Shown here: one piece after another, positions 1 through 9,988 of the stretch | Layout: each line of letters begins with the position of its first letter | Numbering within the stretch: position 1 is the stretch's first letter | Assembly (NCBI GenBank): GCA_030390025.1 | Contig: CM059432.1 | Coordinates: forward strand, 49,540,001-49,604,000 | Reading direction: 5' to 3' | Origin: Squalus acanthias | Taxonomy: Eukaryota | Length of the DNA: 64,000 nt | Translations under genes and position numbers: made by a program | The notes under the pieces: generated by a model | What the model saw: only the letters and a program-made list of their open reading frames with translations | Told to the model about the DNA's origin: nothing | Databases searched by the model: none

Positions 1-2605
1 AATAGGAGTGGTATATAGGCCTCCAAATAGTAAAATAGAGGTTGGGGAGGGCATCACGAGGGAAATTAGAGAAGCGTGCAATAAGAGCACAGCTGTCATC
101 ATAGGTGACTTTAACTTACATATAGATTGGAATAGCCTAATCAGTAAAAATAATGAGGAGGAGGAATTCCTTGAGTGTTTAAGGGATGGTTATCTGGATC
201 AATATGTCGAGGAACCAACTCGGGAACAGGCTATATTGGACTGGGTACTGTGCAATGAGAAGGGACTAATTAGTAATCTTGTTGTACGGGGACCCTTGGG
301 TCAGAGCGATCATAACATGATCGATTTCTCACTCGAAATGGAGAGCGAAGAAATTGACTCAGATACTAAGGTCCTGAATTTAAACAAGGGGAATTATGAT
401 GCCATTAGACGGGAACTGAGTAGGTCTGATTGGACAACGTTCCTGGGAGGACTGGAGGTAGATAAACAATGGCAAGCATTTAAAGATAGAATGACAAAAT
501 TGCAAAAATTGTTTATACCAATCTGGCATAAAAGGAAATCTAAAAAGGTGACTCAACCGTGGATAACAGGGGAAATTAGAGACAGCATAAAATCCAAAGA
601 TAGGGCGTATAAAATAGCCAAAAAAAGCGCCAGAGCGGAAGATTGGGAACAGTTTAAGATAGAGCAAAGGAGGACAAAGGGCTTAATCAAGAGGGGCAAA
701 ATAGCTTACGAAAGCAAGCTGGCGGAAAATATAAAAACTAACTCCAAAAGCTTTTATAAGTATATCAAGAGGAAAAGACTGGTGAAAACCAAAGTTGGCC
801 CATTGCAGTCAGATACGGGGGAATATATAACGGGAAATAAAGAAATGGCAGACCAACTAAATGCATACTTTGGGTCAGTCTTTACGAAGGAAGACACAAA
901 AAACCTCCCTGGGATATCGGGAAAAATAGGGACATTTGCAAAGGAGGAACTGACGCAAGTCAATATCTCTAAGGATATGGTGTTAAGGAAGCTAAAGGGA
1001 TTGAAGGCGGACAAATCCCCAGGGCCTGATAACATGCATCCTAGGGTGCTGAAGGAGGTGGCCCTAGAGATAGCGGATGCACTAAGTATGATTTTTCAGA
1101 ATTCATTAGACTCGGGAACAGTGCCCATGGATTGGAGGGTAGCTAACGTTACCCCACTATTCAAAAAGGGGGGTAGGGAAAAAGCAGGTAATTACAGACC
1201 TGTAAGCCTTACATCAGTTGTGGGCAAAATGCTGGAGTCCATCATTAAGGATGAAATAGCGGAGCACTTAGCAAATGGGGACAGGATAGGACAGAGTCAA
1301 CATGGATTTACAAAGGGTAAATCGTGCTTGACTAATCTATTGGAATTTTTTGAGGGAGTAACTGGTAAAATAGATGGGGGAGAGCCAGTAGATGTGGTGT
1401 ACCTGGACTTCCAAAAGGCCTTCGATAAGGTCCCACATAAAAGATTAGCAGGGAAAATTGAAGCTCATGGGATAAAGGGGAAAGTATTGACGTGGATAGA
1501 GAACTGGCTGTCAGATAGAAAACAGAGAGTTGGAATAAACGGCTCATTTTCTGAATGGCAGGCAGTAACAAGTGGGGTACCACAGGGATCTGTCCTGGGT
1601 CCCCAGCTGTTCACAATTTACATTAATGACCTGAATCAGGGAGTCGGATGCAACATTTCCAAATTTGCAGACGACACTAAACTAGGAGGGGGGGTGGGCT
1701 CAGAGGAGGAGACCAGGAAGCTCCAGAGCGATTTGGACAGACTGGGTGATTGGGCGGATAAATGGCAGATGCACTATAATGTGGACAAGTGCGAAGTTAT
1801 CCACCTTGGGTGCAGGAACGGGAGGGCAAATTATTATTTAAATGGCAATAAATTGGGAGAGGGGGAAGTACAGAGAGACCTGGGTGTTCTTGTACACCAG
1901 TCACTGAAGGCGAGCATGCAGGTGCAACAGGCGGTCAAGAAGGCAAACGGTATGCTGGCCTTCATAGCAAAAGGGTTGGAATACAGGAACAGGGATACCT
2001 TGCTGCAGCTGTACAGGGCACTGGTGAGACCACACCTCGAGTACTGTGTACAGTTTTGGTCGCCTCATCTGAGGAAAGATGTTCTTGCCATGGAGGGGGT
2101 GCAGCGGCGATTCACCAGGCTGATACCAGGAATGGCGGGATTGACCTATGAGGAGAGACTATGTAGTTTAGGTATGTACACACTGGAGTTTAGAAGATTG
2201 AGAGGGGACCTCATAGAAGTGTATAAAATTCTGACAGGTCTAGACAGACTAGATGCAGAAGGAATGTTTCCCTTGGCGGGTGAGAACAGAACTAGAGGAC
2301 ATAATTTAAGGATAAGGGCTAAACCATTTAGGACAGAAATGAGGGGGAATTCCTTCACTCAGAGGGTGGTGAACCTGTGGAACTCATTGCCACAGAGGGC
2401 AGTGTACGCCAGCTCATTAAATATATTTAAGAGGGAATTAGATATATTTCTACAGGCAAAAGGGGTTAAGGGTTATGGAGAGAAGGCGGGGACGGGATAC
2501 TGAATTGGAGGATCAGCCATGATCTCATTAAATGGCGGAGCAGGCTCGAAGGGCCGGATGGCCTACTCCTGCTCCTATCTTCTATGTATCTATGTATCTA
2601 TGTAT
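1..2605 (+). mobile_element. CR1 LINE (5' part lies outside the window)
   Basis: ORF2 with EN and RT motifs; CR1-type 3' UTR (gatcagccatgatc...aatggcggagcaggctcgaagggcc...ggcctactcctgctcct); 8-nt tandem tail (TATGTATC)n at ~2583-2605. Confidence 0.95.
8..2503 (+). CDS. CR1 ORF2 (APE endonuclease C-terminal half plus reverse transcriptase); uninterrupted, 5'-partial
   Basis: 831 aa open frame with YRPP, GDFN and SDHN (EN); YRPVSLTS, QHGF, LDFQKAFDKVPH, GVPQGSVLGP and FADDTK (RT). Confidence 0.93.
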   Translation: MVYRPPNSKIEVGEGITREIREACNKSTAVIIGDFNLHIDWNSLISKNNEEEEFLECLRDGYLDQYVEEPTREQAILDWVLCNEKGLISNLVVRGPLGQSDHNMIDFSLEMESEEIDSDTKVLNLNKGNYDAIRRELSRSDWTTFLGGLEVDKQWQAFKDRMTKLQKLFIPIWHKRKSKKVTQPWITGEIRDSIKSKDRAYKIAKKSARAEDWEQFKIEQRRTKGLIKRGKIAYESKLAENIKTNSKSFYKYIKRKRLVKTKVGPLQSDTGEYITGNKEMADQLNAYFGSVFTKEDTKNLPGISGKIGTFAKEELTQVNISKDMVLRKLKGLKADKSPGPDNMHPRVLKEVALEIADALSMIFQNSLDSGTVPMDWRVANVTPLFKKGGREKAGNYRPVSLTSVVGKMLESIIKDEIAEHLANGDRIGQSQHGFTKGKSCLTNLLEFFEGVTGKIDGGEPVDVVYLDFQKAFDKVPHKRLAGKIEAHGIKGKVLTWIENWLSDRKQRVGINGSFSEWQAVTSGVPQGSVLGPQLFTIYINDLNQGVGCNISKFADDTKLGGGVGSEEETRKLQSDLDRLGDWADKWQMHYNVDKCEVIHLGCRNGRANYYLNGNKLGEGEVQRDLGVLVHQSLKASMQVQQAVKKANGMLAFIAKGLEYRNRDTLLQLYRALVRPHLEYCVQFWSPHLRKDVLAMEGVQRRFTRLIPGMAGLTYEERLCSLGMYTLEFRRLRGDLIEVYKILTGLDRLDAEGMFPLAGENRTRGHNLRIRAKPFRTEMRGNSFTQRVVNLWNSLPQRAVYASSLNIFKRELDIFLQAKGVKGYGEKAGTGY

Positions 2606-3062
2606 ATGGAGGAGGCATGGCTGAGGATGAGGTCTCCCTACATTGGGGAAATCCCACTTCCTCATCTTCAAAGAGACCTGGTGTAAGTTTGGATGTTGGT
2701 ATGCTGAATGAGATGAGGCGTGCCAACCTACTGAAGGGCGTAAGTGGGCCCCACCAGTCCGGGGAAGTGGGGATCATCCAGGCCAAGGAAACAGCCTGGA
2801 CCCCCAAAGATTGTAAGTGGATTTTTTTTTTGTAACTTCTGCCCCTATACTAAGGAACAAATTTCTATGTTTTCAGGACAAGGGGGCAGACACTTCTGAA
2901 CCCAGCAGAGAGACCAGATTTCCTGTTAGCTTGGGGCAGGTGGGCACCTGAAATGGTAAGTATTGGTAAAAGCGCCTGCCAGCCTTATGAAAATTAGGCG
3001 CCCACCTCCTGAGCTCACAAACTTCCGAAGTGCTAGAATCACGGTCTGTGGAAATTCGGCCC
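2606..3062. mobile_element. Probable remnant of a non-autonomous Harbinger-type element (one end only)
   Basis: Ends in gaaattcggccc followed by aat, resembling the GGGC..AATTT termini of other elements in this window. Confidence 0.35.
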
Positions 3063-3240
3063 AATTAACTAGCTGCCCTGTAGAAATTCCCCTACGCTCT
3101 GATCCATAAGGTACAAAAAAAAACTCTTGACTATGTAACCAAGCTAAGGATTATAGATTCTTTGCTATCACTTTGAAGCAAAATTCTTCCATATCTCTCC
3201 CGACCTTACAACATTTGATGTTGAACATGTCCAGATTGCA

Positions 3241-3470
3241 AAAGCAAAATACTGCGGATGCTGGAAATCTGAAATAAAAACAGAAAATGCTGGAAATATG
3301 CAGCAGGTCAGGCAGCATCTGTGGAGAGAGAAACAGAGCTAACATTTCAGGTCGATGAACCTTCGTCAGAACAGTTCTGATGAAGGGTCATCGAACTGAA
3401 ACGTTTACTCTGTTTCTCTCTCCACAGATGCTGCCTGACCTGCTGAGTATTTCCAGCATTTTCTGTTTTT
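3241..3470. mobile_element. Penelope-like mini-element: inverted pseudo-LTR pair (PLE family A)
   Basis: 14-bp TSD atgtccagattgca (3227-3240 and 3471-3484); arms ~3274-3372 and ~3374-3472 are reverse complements; sequence matches the 3' ends of the PLEs at 58365-58499 and 60225-60347. Confidence 0.9.
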
Positions 3471-4417
3471 ATGTCCAGATTGCATCTGTTTTTAATGGCT
3501 ATTGGCTTTACAGGAAATGCTAAAGAAATTTATAGAATTTTGGCACCTCTACTTAAGAATTATTTAGCTTGCTAACTTGTGTCCGATGCCAAGATTCAAT
3601 TCTGGTACTTGACAAGCTTTGTGCTTCAATCAAATGGTGGTATGCTGTTCTTTAGGTAGAAGGTTCTCAGCAAATGGATGCCAGAACACTCCTATGTAAC
3701 AGATAATGAGTGAAACTGTCAACTTCAGCAGGGGCGTAACCAAACGGCAGCAGATTGGTTGTCCGTTATACACATGGCCCGGTTTTCTTTCCATTGAAGT
3801 CAGAGAGACAGTGGGAGACTTGGGTAGAGAGGAAAGCAGCAGGGAGCGATGGACTTGGATATGCTGTTATAAGGAGGGGGGTATTCTGGGGTGGGGAAGG
3901 GGTGCAGATTTTGAGTGAAAGAATTTGGGAAGATGTGTCTAAGAGCTTTGCCTAGTGACAGAAGCAAATGTTTTTTTGATAGTTTCCAGGAAAATAAATG
4001 ATTATTGTTTTCCTTACCCACTACAGCTGATGAAATAAGTAAATAGCACAGTTGCATTAACAACTCTGTTCTGTGTAGAATCACAGTTTTAAATTTTTAC
4101 TGTTAACAAAAAAATGGTAAGTGCTGTAAAACTTTACAGCTAGATTTTCTTCTGAGGCAGATTCGCCATTGGAAGTGTAGCGGACTGCTCTTCTGCAGCT
4201 GGTTTGACCCCATCCTATTTTCTTGGGTCAACTTCACTTTAATATTGTGGATGAGCTCCTAGAGCAATTTGCATCTTCTATTGCATACTCGCCTGGGGAA
4301 GAATGAAATTCAGTGCTGCCACTGCAGCTTTCAAACTGACTGAAGCAGCTTAAAGAGGCATGACAGCTACTTTGAAAGTGAGAGCAACAAGATAACAAAT
4401 TGTAATCAAAAGAAGCA

Positions 4418-4600
4418 TGTCTGAGAGTGCTGCAACAGATTCCTGAGTCCCCAAGTTTAAAAACTCCTCCATAGAGGTTTTATTGGCTCAAATAAAGGAA
4501 AGGAGGGTGCAGTTATTTAGCATCAAGGCAAGAGGGGCAACAAAAGAAATGGTCCCAGCACAGTGGTCTTGGCAGTCAGTGGAAGGAGGTCAAAGAACTC
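4418..4600 (+). pseudogene. Degenerate Harbinger Myb/SANT-like exon remnant
   Basis: Translates as PKFKNSSIEVLLAQIKERRVQLF...W, similar to PRFSDESLSILVEGVRASKEVLF in the Myb exon at 48999-49238. Confidence 0.4.
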
Positions 4601-4619
4601 ACCAGAATATCCTTGCCAG

Positions 4620-5990
4620 TGCCACCCATAGCCCAAGAACAAAAATTCACCAACCAGTGGAAAATATTTTTCCTGATTCATCTTATCAAAACCCCAAACT
4701 AGGCACAAGACACAATAATCTAACCCCAGCCCACCCATTGATTTGTACAGATTTGGCATTACCTCTTTGTTTTTGTACTTGATACTTCTATTTATAAAAC
4801 CTAAGGGGGGGAAAATTCAGTTGGTTGCGCCTCCCGTTAGCGCCTTAAGAGGGCGCTAATGGGGCGCAAAGCAACTAGCGCCCGGGCGCGGCGATGTTTG
4901 ATCGCTCGCGGAATTAACTAGACATTTTACCGCCACCATCTCCTGCGCAGGCAGATCATGACGTCAGTCGAGTGCGCAACGCCCCGGTAGCACCCCGGAG
5001 CGGATATTGAGTGGCGCCCCTGCCTTACTGCCTGCCGCTAGCAACGACAGGTTGAGGGGAGCGTTTAGCAGTCGGGAAGGGACTGGGGGAGCGCTATTTA
5101 AAGGCGACTGCGCCCTGCCTTTTTTTGTTGATGACATTTTTGAACCACGCATTCTGAGAGAGAGAGAGAAAGACTTCTGGAGAGAATCAACGCTGTGTGA
5201 AGGAGTTTTGGTTATTGAGCAGCACTTTGCAGATTCATTTTGATTTGCCCTTCCTTGTATCGATTTAGAAGAGACTGTGGGGGTTGCACTCTGAGCTCTT
5301 TCCCTGGTACTCTCCATTGTTCTTTCCAGCAGATTTGATGTACAGGTCTCTCCAGGCTGAGATTCAAGGCTGCAATGAGCAGGATGTGGATGGAAAGCAA
5401 GATCAACCCTCCCCTTTAAGAACTGGCTGGCGCCATTGTGTCTGTGTTCCATTTCTGACTGACATCACCTGAGCTTCGCCAGCGCTCTGAGTTAGCGCCT
5501 CGCTCCTCGGCCTTTGCGCCTTAAGACAGATGTGTAGCGCCTGATTTAGCGCTCCAATCACCTCCAGGGGCGATAAAAGTCAAGTTTGCAGTCAGAGGCG
5601 ATAATTAGCGCCAGGCGCTAATCTTTGTGCCCGGCCGATAATTGCGCCACAAACGGGGTGATACTGAATTTTTCCCCCAAGGTTTCCATGTGCATCTTTT
5701 ACAGCTTTATCAACTTGCCCTCTCACTTTCAAAGATTGGTCTATATATCTAAAGCCTCTGCTTCTCTGCTCCTTTAAAACATTTGCGATTTCATGGATAA
5801 TTCCTCTCCTTATTCTTCCACCCAAAATGTATCACATTGCTCAACAATAAATTTAACCTGACATCTGTCTGCTTAATGTACTATGTTCTCCTGAAATCAT
5901 TTGCAGTCCTTTCATAGCTAACTAAACCCCTAATTTTGTGTCACCTACAAATTTTGATATTGTGCCTCCAAAGCCAAGTCCAGATCATTA
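4620..5990 (-). mobile_element. Old degenerate CR1 RT remnant, split by the MITE at 4806-5678
   Basis: Minus-strand translations FDKMNQEKYFPLVGE (near 4650) and GQVDKAVKDAHGNL (near 5700); decayed FADDTK-type motif near 5935-5960. Confidence 0.6.
4806..5678. mobile_element. Non-autonomous Harbinger-type element (MITE), copy 1
   Basis: TIRs gggggaaaattcag / ctgaatttttccccc; subterminal TTAGCGCC/GGCGC repeats; second copy at 16402-17294. Confidence 0.85.
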
Positions 5991-6122
5991 GAAAGAGAGA
6001 GAAAGCGAGAGAGAGAGAAAAACAGTGCAATCATCCCTGAGACACATCCATAAACCACGATTCTGTTTTCTGTCCTTTAACTAACTTTCTATGCACACTG
6101 CCACATTCCCTTTAATAACATG

Positions 6123-7560
6123 GGGGGCGATTTTCCTAGCCCCGAGGAGGCGGGTTTGGAGGCAGGACAGTTGGCAAAATGGCAAAAAACTGAGTGCGGG
6201 TTTGGAACCCACCTCCAACCCGCCTCTGCGCAATTTTGCCGGAGGCAGGTTTGATGGGTGCGATTTGGTCCCGCCTCCATCAGTCGGGAGAGGTAGTTAA
6301 GATCCTTAAATAGTAGTTAAGGGCCTCTATAATCCTATTTTGACAGGCCTTTGTTATTTTATCACATTTTCAGCGTGTTGCACGACCCTCCTAAACCACG
6401 CCAGCTAATCCTGGCAGGTTGACAAGTGGGTGGCCTCCTCACAGCTGCAGCTCCACCATTAAAACGGAGCTTTCATCAGGGAACAGTTGCAGGTGGCAGA
6501 ACTTTTGTTCCAAAGGTCTTTCAGCACTTTTGGCAGGCCTACCGAAGTCTGCAGCTTCTATCTGTCAACTGTGGGTCCTCCTTGGAAGACCCTCTCCCTG
6601 CTTGGACTGAGCGCTTCCCCAACGGAGGTATCTGCCAGCAGCATGGGAACCATTTATTTCCTTTCACCGTGGACCTCAGATTGGGATGATGAGCAGCCAC
6701 GGCAGCAGCAGAACCAGGCAGCTCAGCAGCAACAGCAGCAGGAGCCCCAACCTCCTGCTCACCCACCTGATGCTGCACAGGGCAGAAGGCGCCAGCGCAT
6801 GGAAACATGTCGTGCAAGGAATGCACTCATCCTGGCCAGATTTACATAGGTTGCCCATTGTGGCACATGTGCTCGGCTTCTTCTTAACACATGATAGACA
6901 ATGGACATGACTCTCTGGCCTCCTTTCACTCTGACCACCAACCTGACCACGCAAGTGTCGCGGAGCCCACAATGTGGAGCTGCCTAAGCCGAAATAACAG
7001 ATGCCATCACGTCAACAGTTTGCCATCACCTAATTTTAATACATTCCCACAGGGATGGCATTTCATCAATAAACAGAATCAGTCACCCAATCTGCACACA
7101 GATCTGGAGGTTATATCCCTTGCCAGCTGGACCCACACAGCCTTGGTTTCTTTGGGAGGCCTCTTCCTCCCAAATGAGGGGAAGTGCACCTCCCTGCTAG
7201 CTCTCGCCCCCTCAACCAGGATACTCAGCGCCTCATCCGAGAACCTCGGGGAGGCCCTTGCCATGGAGCTGGCCATTCTTCAAGGAGATAACAGCTTGGA
7301 GGTGGTGCAGCATCGACCAAAAACCAGTGGAATGAGCCAAGGCAGCAAGCAGCCCTTAAATGAAGATGGATAAGTGACATCAGCAGAGGCGTGTTTCAGT
7401 CCCAAAACACTAATTGGCCCAGGGGAACTCTCACCTCTCAAATCAACTGGCCAATTAGGGGGAAATCGCAAATTTTTCCCACCTCTCAGTGGAGGCGGGT
7501 TTGGAACCCACCCAAACCGAAACCCGCCTCCAACCCGCCTCCATTGGGAAAATCGCCCCC
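6123..7560. mobile_element. Internally deleted derivative of the Harbinger family at 45269-49501
   Basis: 14-bp perfect TIR GGGGGCGATTTTCC; TSD ATG (6120-6122 and 7561-7563); keeps both transposase termini and part of Myb exon 1 (7079-7276, minus: MARASPRFSDEALSILVEG...). Confidence 0.92.
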
Positions 7561-7563
7561 ATG

Positions 7564-8354
7564 GGGCGTGAAATAGGATCTTGTTGCGTATATATTCTGG
7601 GCATGAAATGGGTACAAAGAGCATCATACAGCGTTGGAAACACACCCAACATCATATTGGTACGGGTACTGTTGGGGCATCCCTTGTGGCCTCCTAAAAC
7701 AGGCTTCAGGCTCTTTGATTATGCTAATAAGGGGCCTAATACCTGTTTTAGGACCCAAACTGGAAATTAGTTTGCCCTGAACTCCGTAGCTGTTGGACCT
7801 GCCTATGTTCAGGGTTACCTGGTCTACATTCAGCCTAACCAGCTGTACTTAAAGGGACTGCTGGACGCCAACACCAAAAAAATACCATAATGTGGAGCTG
7901 GGAGGAGCACTCTTGCATTCCATCTTGTTAATCTTGCTACCCCCTGCAATCGGCGAGCTGCCTCTGGGCCACGACTGGTGCCCATAGCTTGGCAATACTA
8001 TACTAATGAGGCCGGTGGACCAATTTGTCATGGTCCTGTCGCTGCCTCATTAGGTGTGCGCAGCGTGAGCTAACGTAAGAAGTAGGAGCAGGAGTAGGCC
8101 ATACGGCTCATCGAGTCTGCTTCGCCATTCAATAAGATCATGGCTGAACTTTTACATCAGCTCCACCTTCCCGCACTATCGACCTATCGCCATATCCCTT
8201 GATTCCCTTAGTACCCAAAAATCTATTGATCTCTGTCTTGAATATACTCAATGACTGAGCATCCACAGCCCTCTGTGGTGGAGAATTCCAAAGATTCACC
8301 ACCCTCTGAGTGCTGTACATGCCCCGATTCAGGCAAAATCCAATTTCTAGGCCT
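7564..8354. mobile_element. Harbinger-type MITE containing a CR1 3' fragment
   Basis: Termini gggcgtgaaat / atttctaggcct, each flanked by ATG. Confidence 0.55.
8078..8311 (-). mobile_element. CR1 3' fragment
   Basis: TQRVVNLWNSPPQRAV...KGIKGYG followed by the CR1 3' UTR. Confidence 0.88.
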
Positions 8355-8514
8355 ATGTGTCACAATTTCATGAACAATCTTCCTATGCGCATCTTAAAAA
8401 GTGCCTTTTGAAAATTCATACACAACATCCATTCTAGTTCCTTTATCAGTATATTCCATTGTTTTCTGTCAGACCCAAGTTGCCTTTTAGGAATCCATGC
8501 TGGCTGTTCTTTTT

Positions 8515-9335
8515 TAAAATGTGTTTTTGGGATGTGGCAATGCTGGCTAGGCCGCATTCATTGACTATCCCTAGCTGCCCTTAGAATGTGGTAGTGGGCC
8601 TGCTCCTTGAACCGCTGCAGTCCTTGTGGTGATGGTGCTCCCACAATGGTGTTGGGTAGAGAATTCCAGGATATTGACCCAGGAACAATGAAGGAACGGC
8701 GATATATGTTCAAGTCAGGATAGTGTATGACTTGGAGTTGATGATGTTCCTACAGCATTGCTGCTCTTGTCTTGTGATAGAGGTCACAGGGGAGGGAGAT
8801 GCTGTTGAAGTAACCTTGGTGAATAGTTGCAGTACATCCTGTAGACTGTGCTTACTGCAGCCACAGTGCACCAGTGGTAGACAGGATGGATATTGAGTCC
8901 AGTGGCAAGGGTTTCACTCAACCGAATTAATCTGTCCTGGATGCTGTCGAGCTTCTTGAGTATTCTTACCGCTGCACCCGTCCAAGTGAGTGGTGAGAGT
9001 TCCATCACACTCCTGACTTCAGCCTTGTAGATGTGAATGGATTTTGAGAAGTCAGTAGGTGACCCACTTGTTGCAGAGTACCCAGCCTCTGCGCTGCTTT
9101 TGTAGCCATGGTGTTGATATTACTGGTCCAGTTAAGCTAAAGGTAACCTGCTCAAGATGCTGTTGGGGGGGACTTGGTGGTGGTGGTGCTGTCGAAGATC
9201 AAGAGGAGATAGCTGAGCTTCCTCTTGTTCGCAATGGTCGTTACCTGACACTTATGTGGCACAAATGTTATCTGCTATTTGTCAACTCAGCTGAAGGCCA
9301 AAGGCTAGAATGGACTGCTTCATTATTGGAGGAAT
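8515..9335 (-). mobile_element. Degenerate 3' part of the second LINE family (CR1/L2 group)
   Basis: Homologous to 62477-63300; MELSPLTWTGAA...KKLDSIQD; same 3' terminus (gccacatccca followed by an A-rich end). Confidence 0.8.
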
Positions 9336-9606
9336 TTGAATTCTCAGTATAAACAAAATAAAGCACAGGTGTTATAATTATCACCCTCTAACAGAAGCCT
9401 CTCTATCAAGTAAAAAAATTCTTGAAATTGGTTACCACAAAAAAGGTTCTAAAGTTCATGGTCCAGCTTGTAGGTGACCTATTTATTGCAAATAATTAAC
9501 ACTATTGGCAGTGAATAAGGTTTACCTAGTGCAAAATAAGTAAAGAAAAATAGTTATATGGCAGAATGGGTATTCATGGACCAAATGTGGGTGACAGAAA
9601 GTTTGT

Positions 9607-9838
9607 TTTCAAATCCTTCCATGGCCTCGCCACTCCCTATCTCTGTAACCTCCTCTAGCCCTACAGCCATCCGAGAACTATGTACTCCTCCAATTCTGGC
9701 CTCTTGCGCATCCCTGATTTTAATCGCTCCACTATTGGTTGCTGTGCCTTCAGCTGCCTATGCCCTAAGCTCTGGAATTCCCTCCCTAAGTCTCTCCGCC
9801 TCTCTACCTCTCCTCTCCTCCTTTAAGACGCTCCTTAA
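9607..9838 (+). mobile_element. L2-type LINE 3' fragment, left half
   Basis: Matches ~40270-40500 (FKSLHGLA...LWNSLP...FKTLLK); continues at 13621 after the CR1 insertion. Confidence 0.85.
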
Positions 9839-9988
9839 GAACATAAAAACATAAGAACATAAGAAATAGGAGCAGGAATAGGGCCACTTGGCCCCTCGAG
9901 CCTGCTCCGCCATTCAATAAGATCATGGCTGATCTTGGACTCAAAGCCGCTTCCCTGCCCGCTCCCCATACCCCTTCACTCCCTTATC

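Noticed and set aside
4964..5452. 162-aa ORF also partly open in the second MITE copy (16683-17069)
   Set aside because: Lies inside a non-autonomous MITE, has no recognisable domain, and its length differs between copies; shared ancestry explains the similarity.
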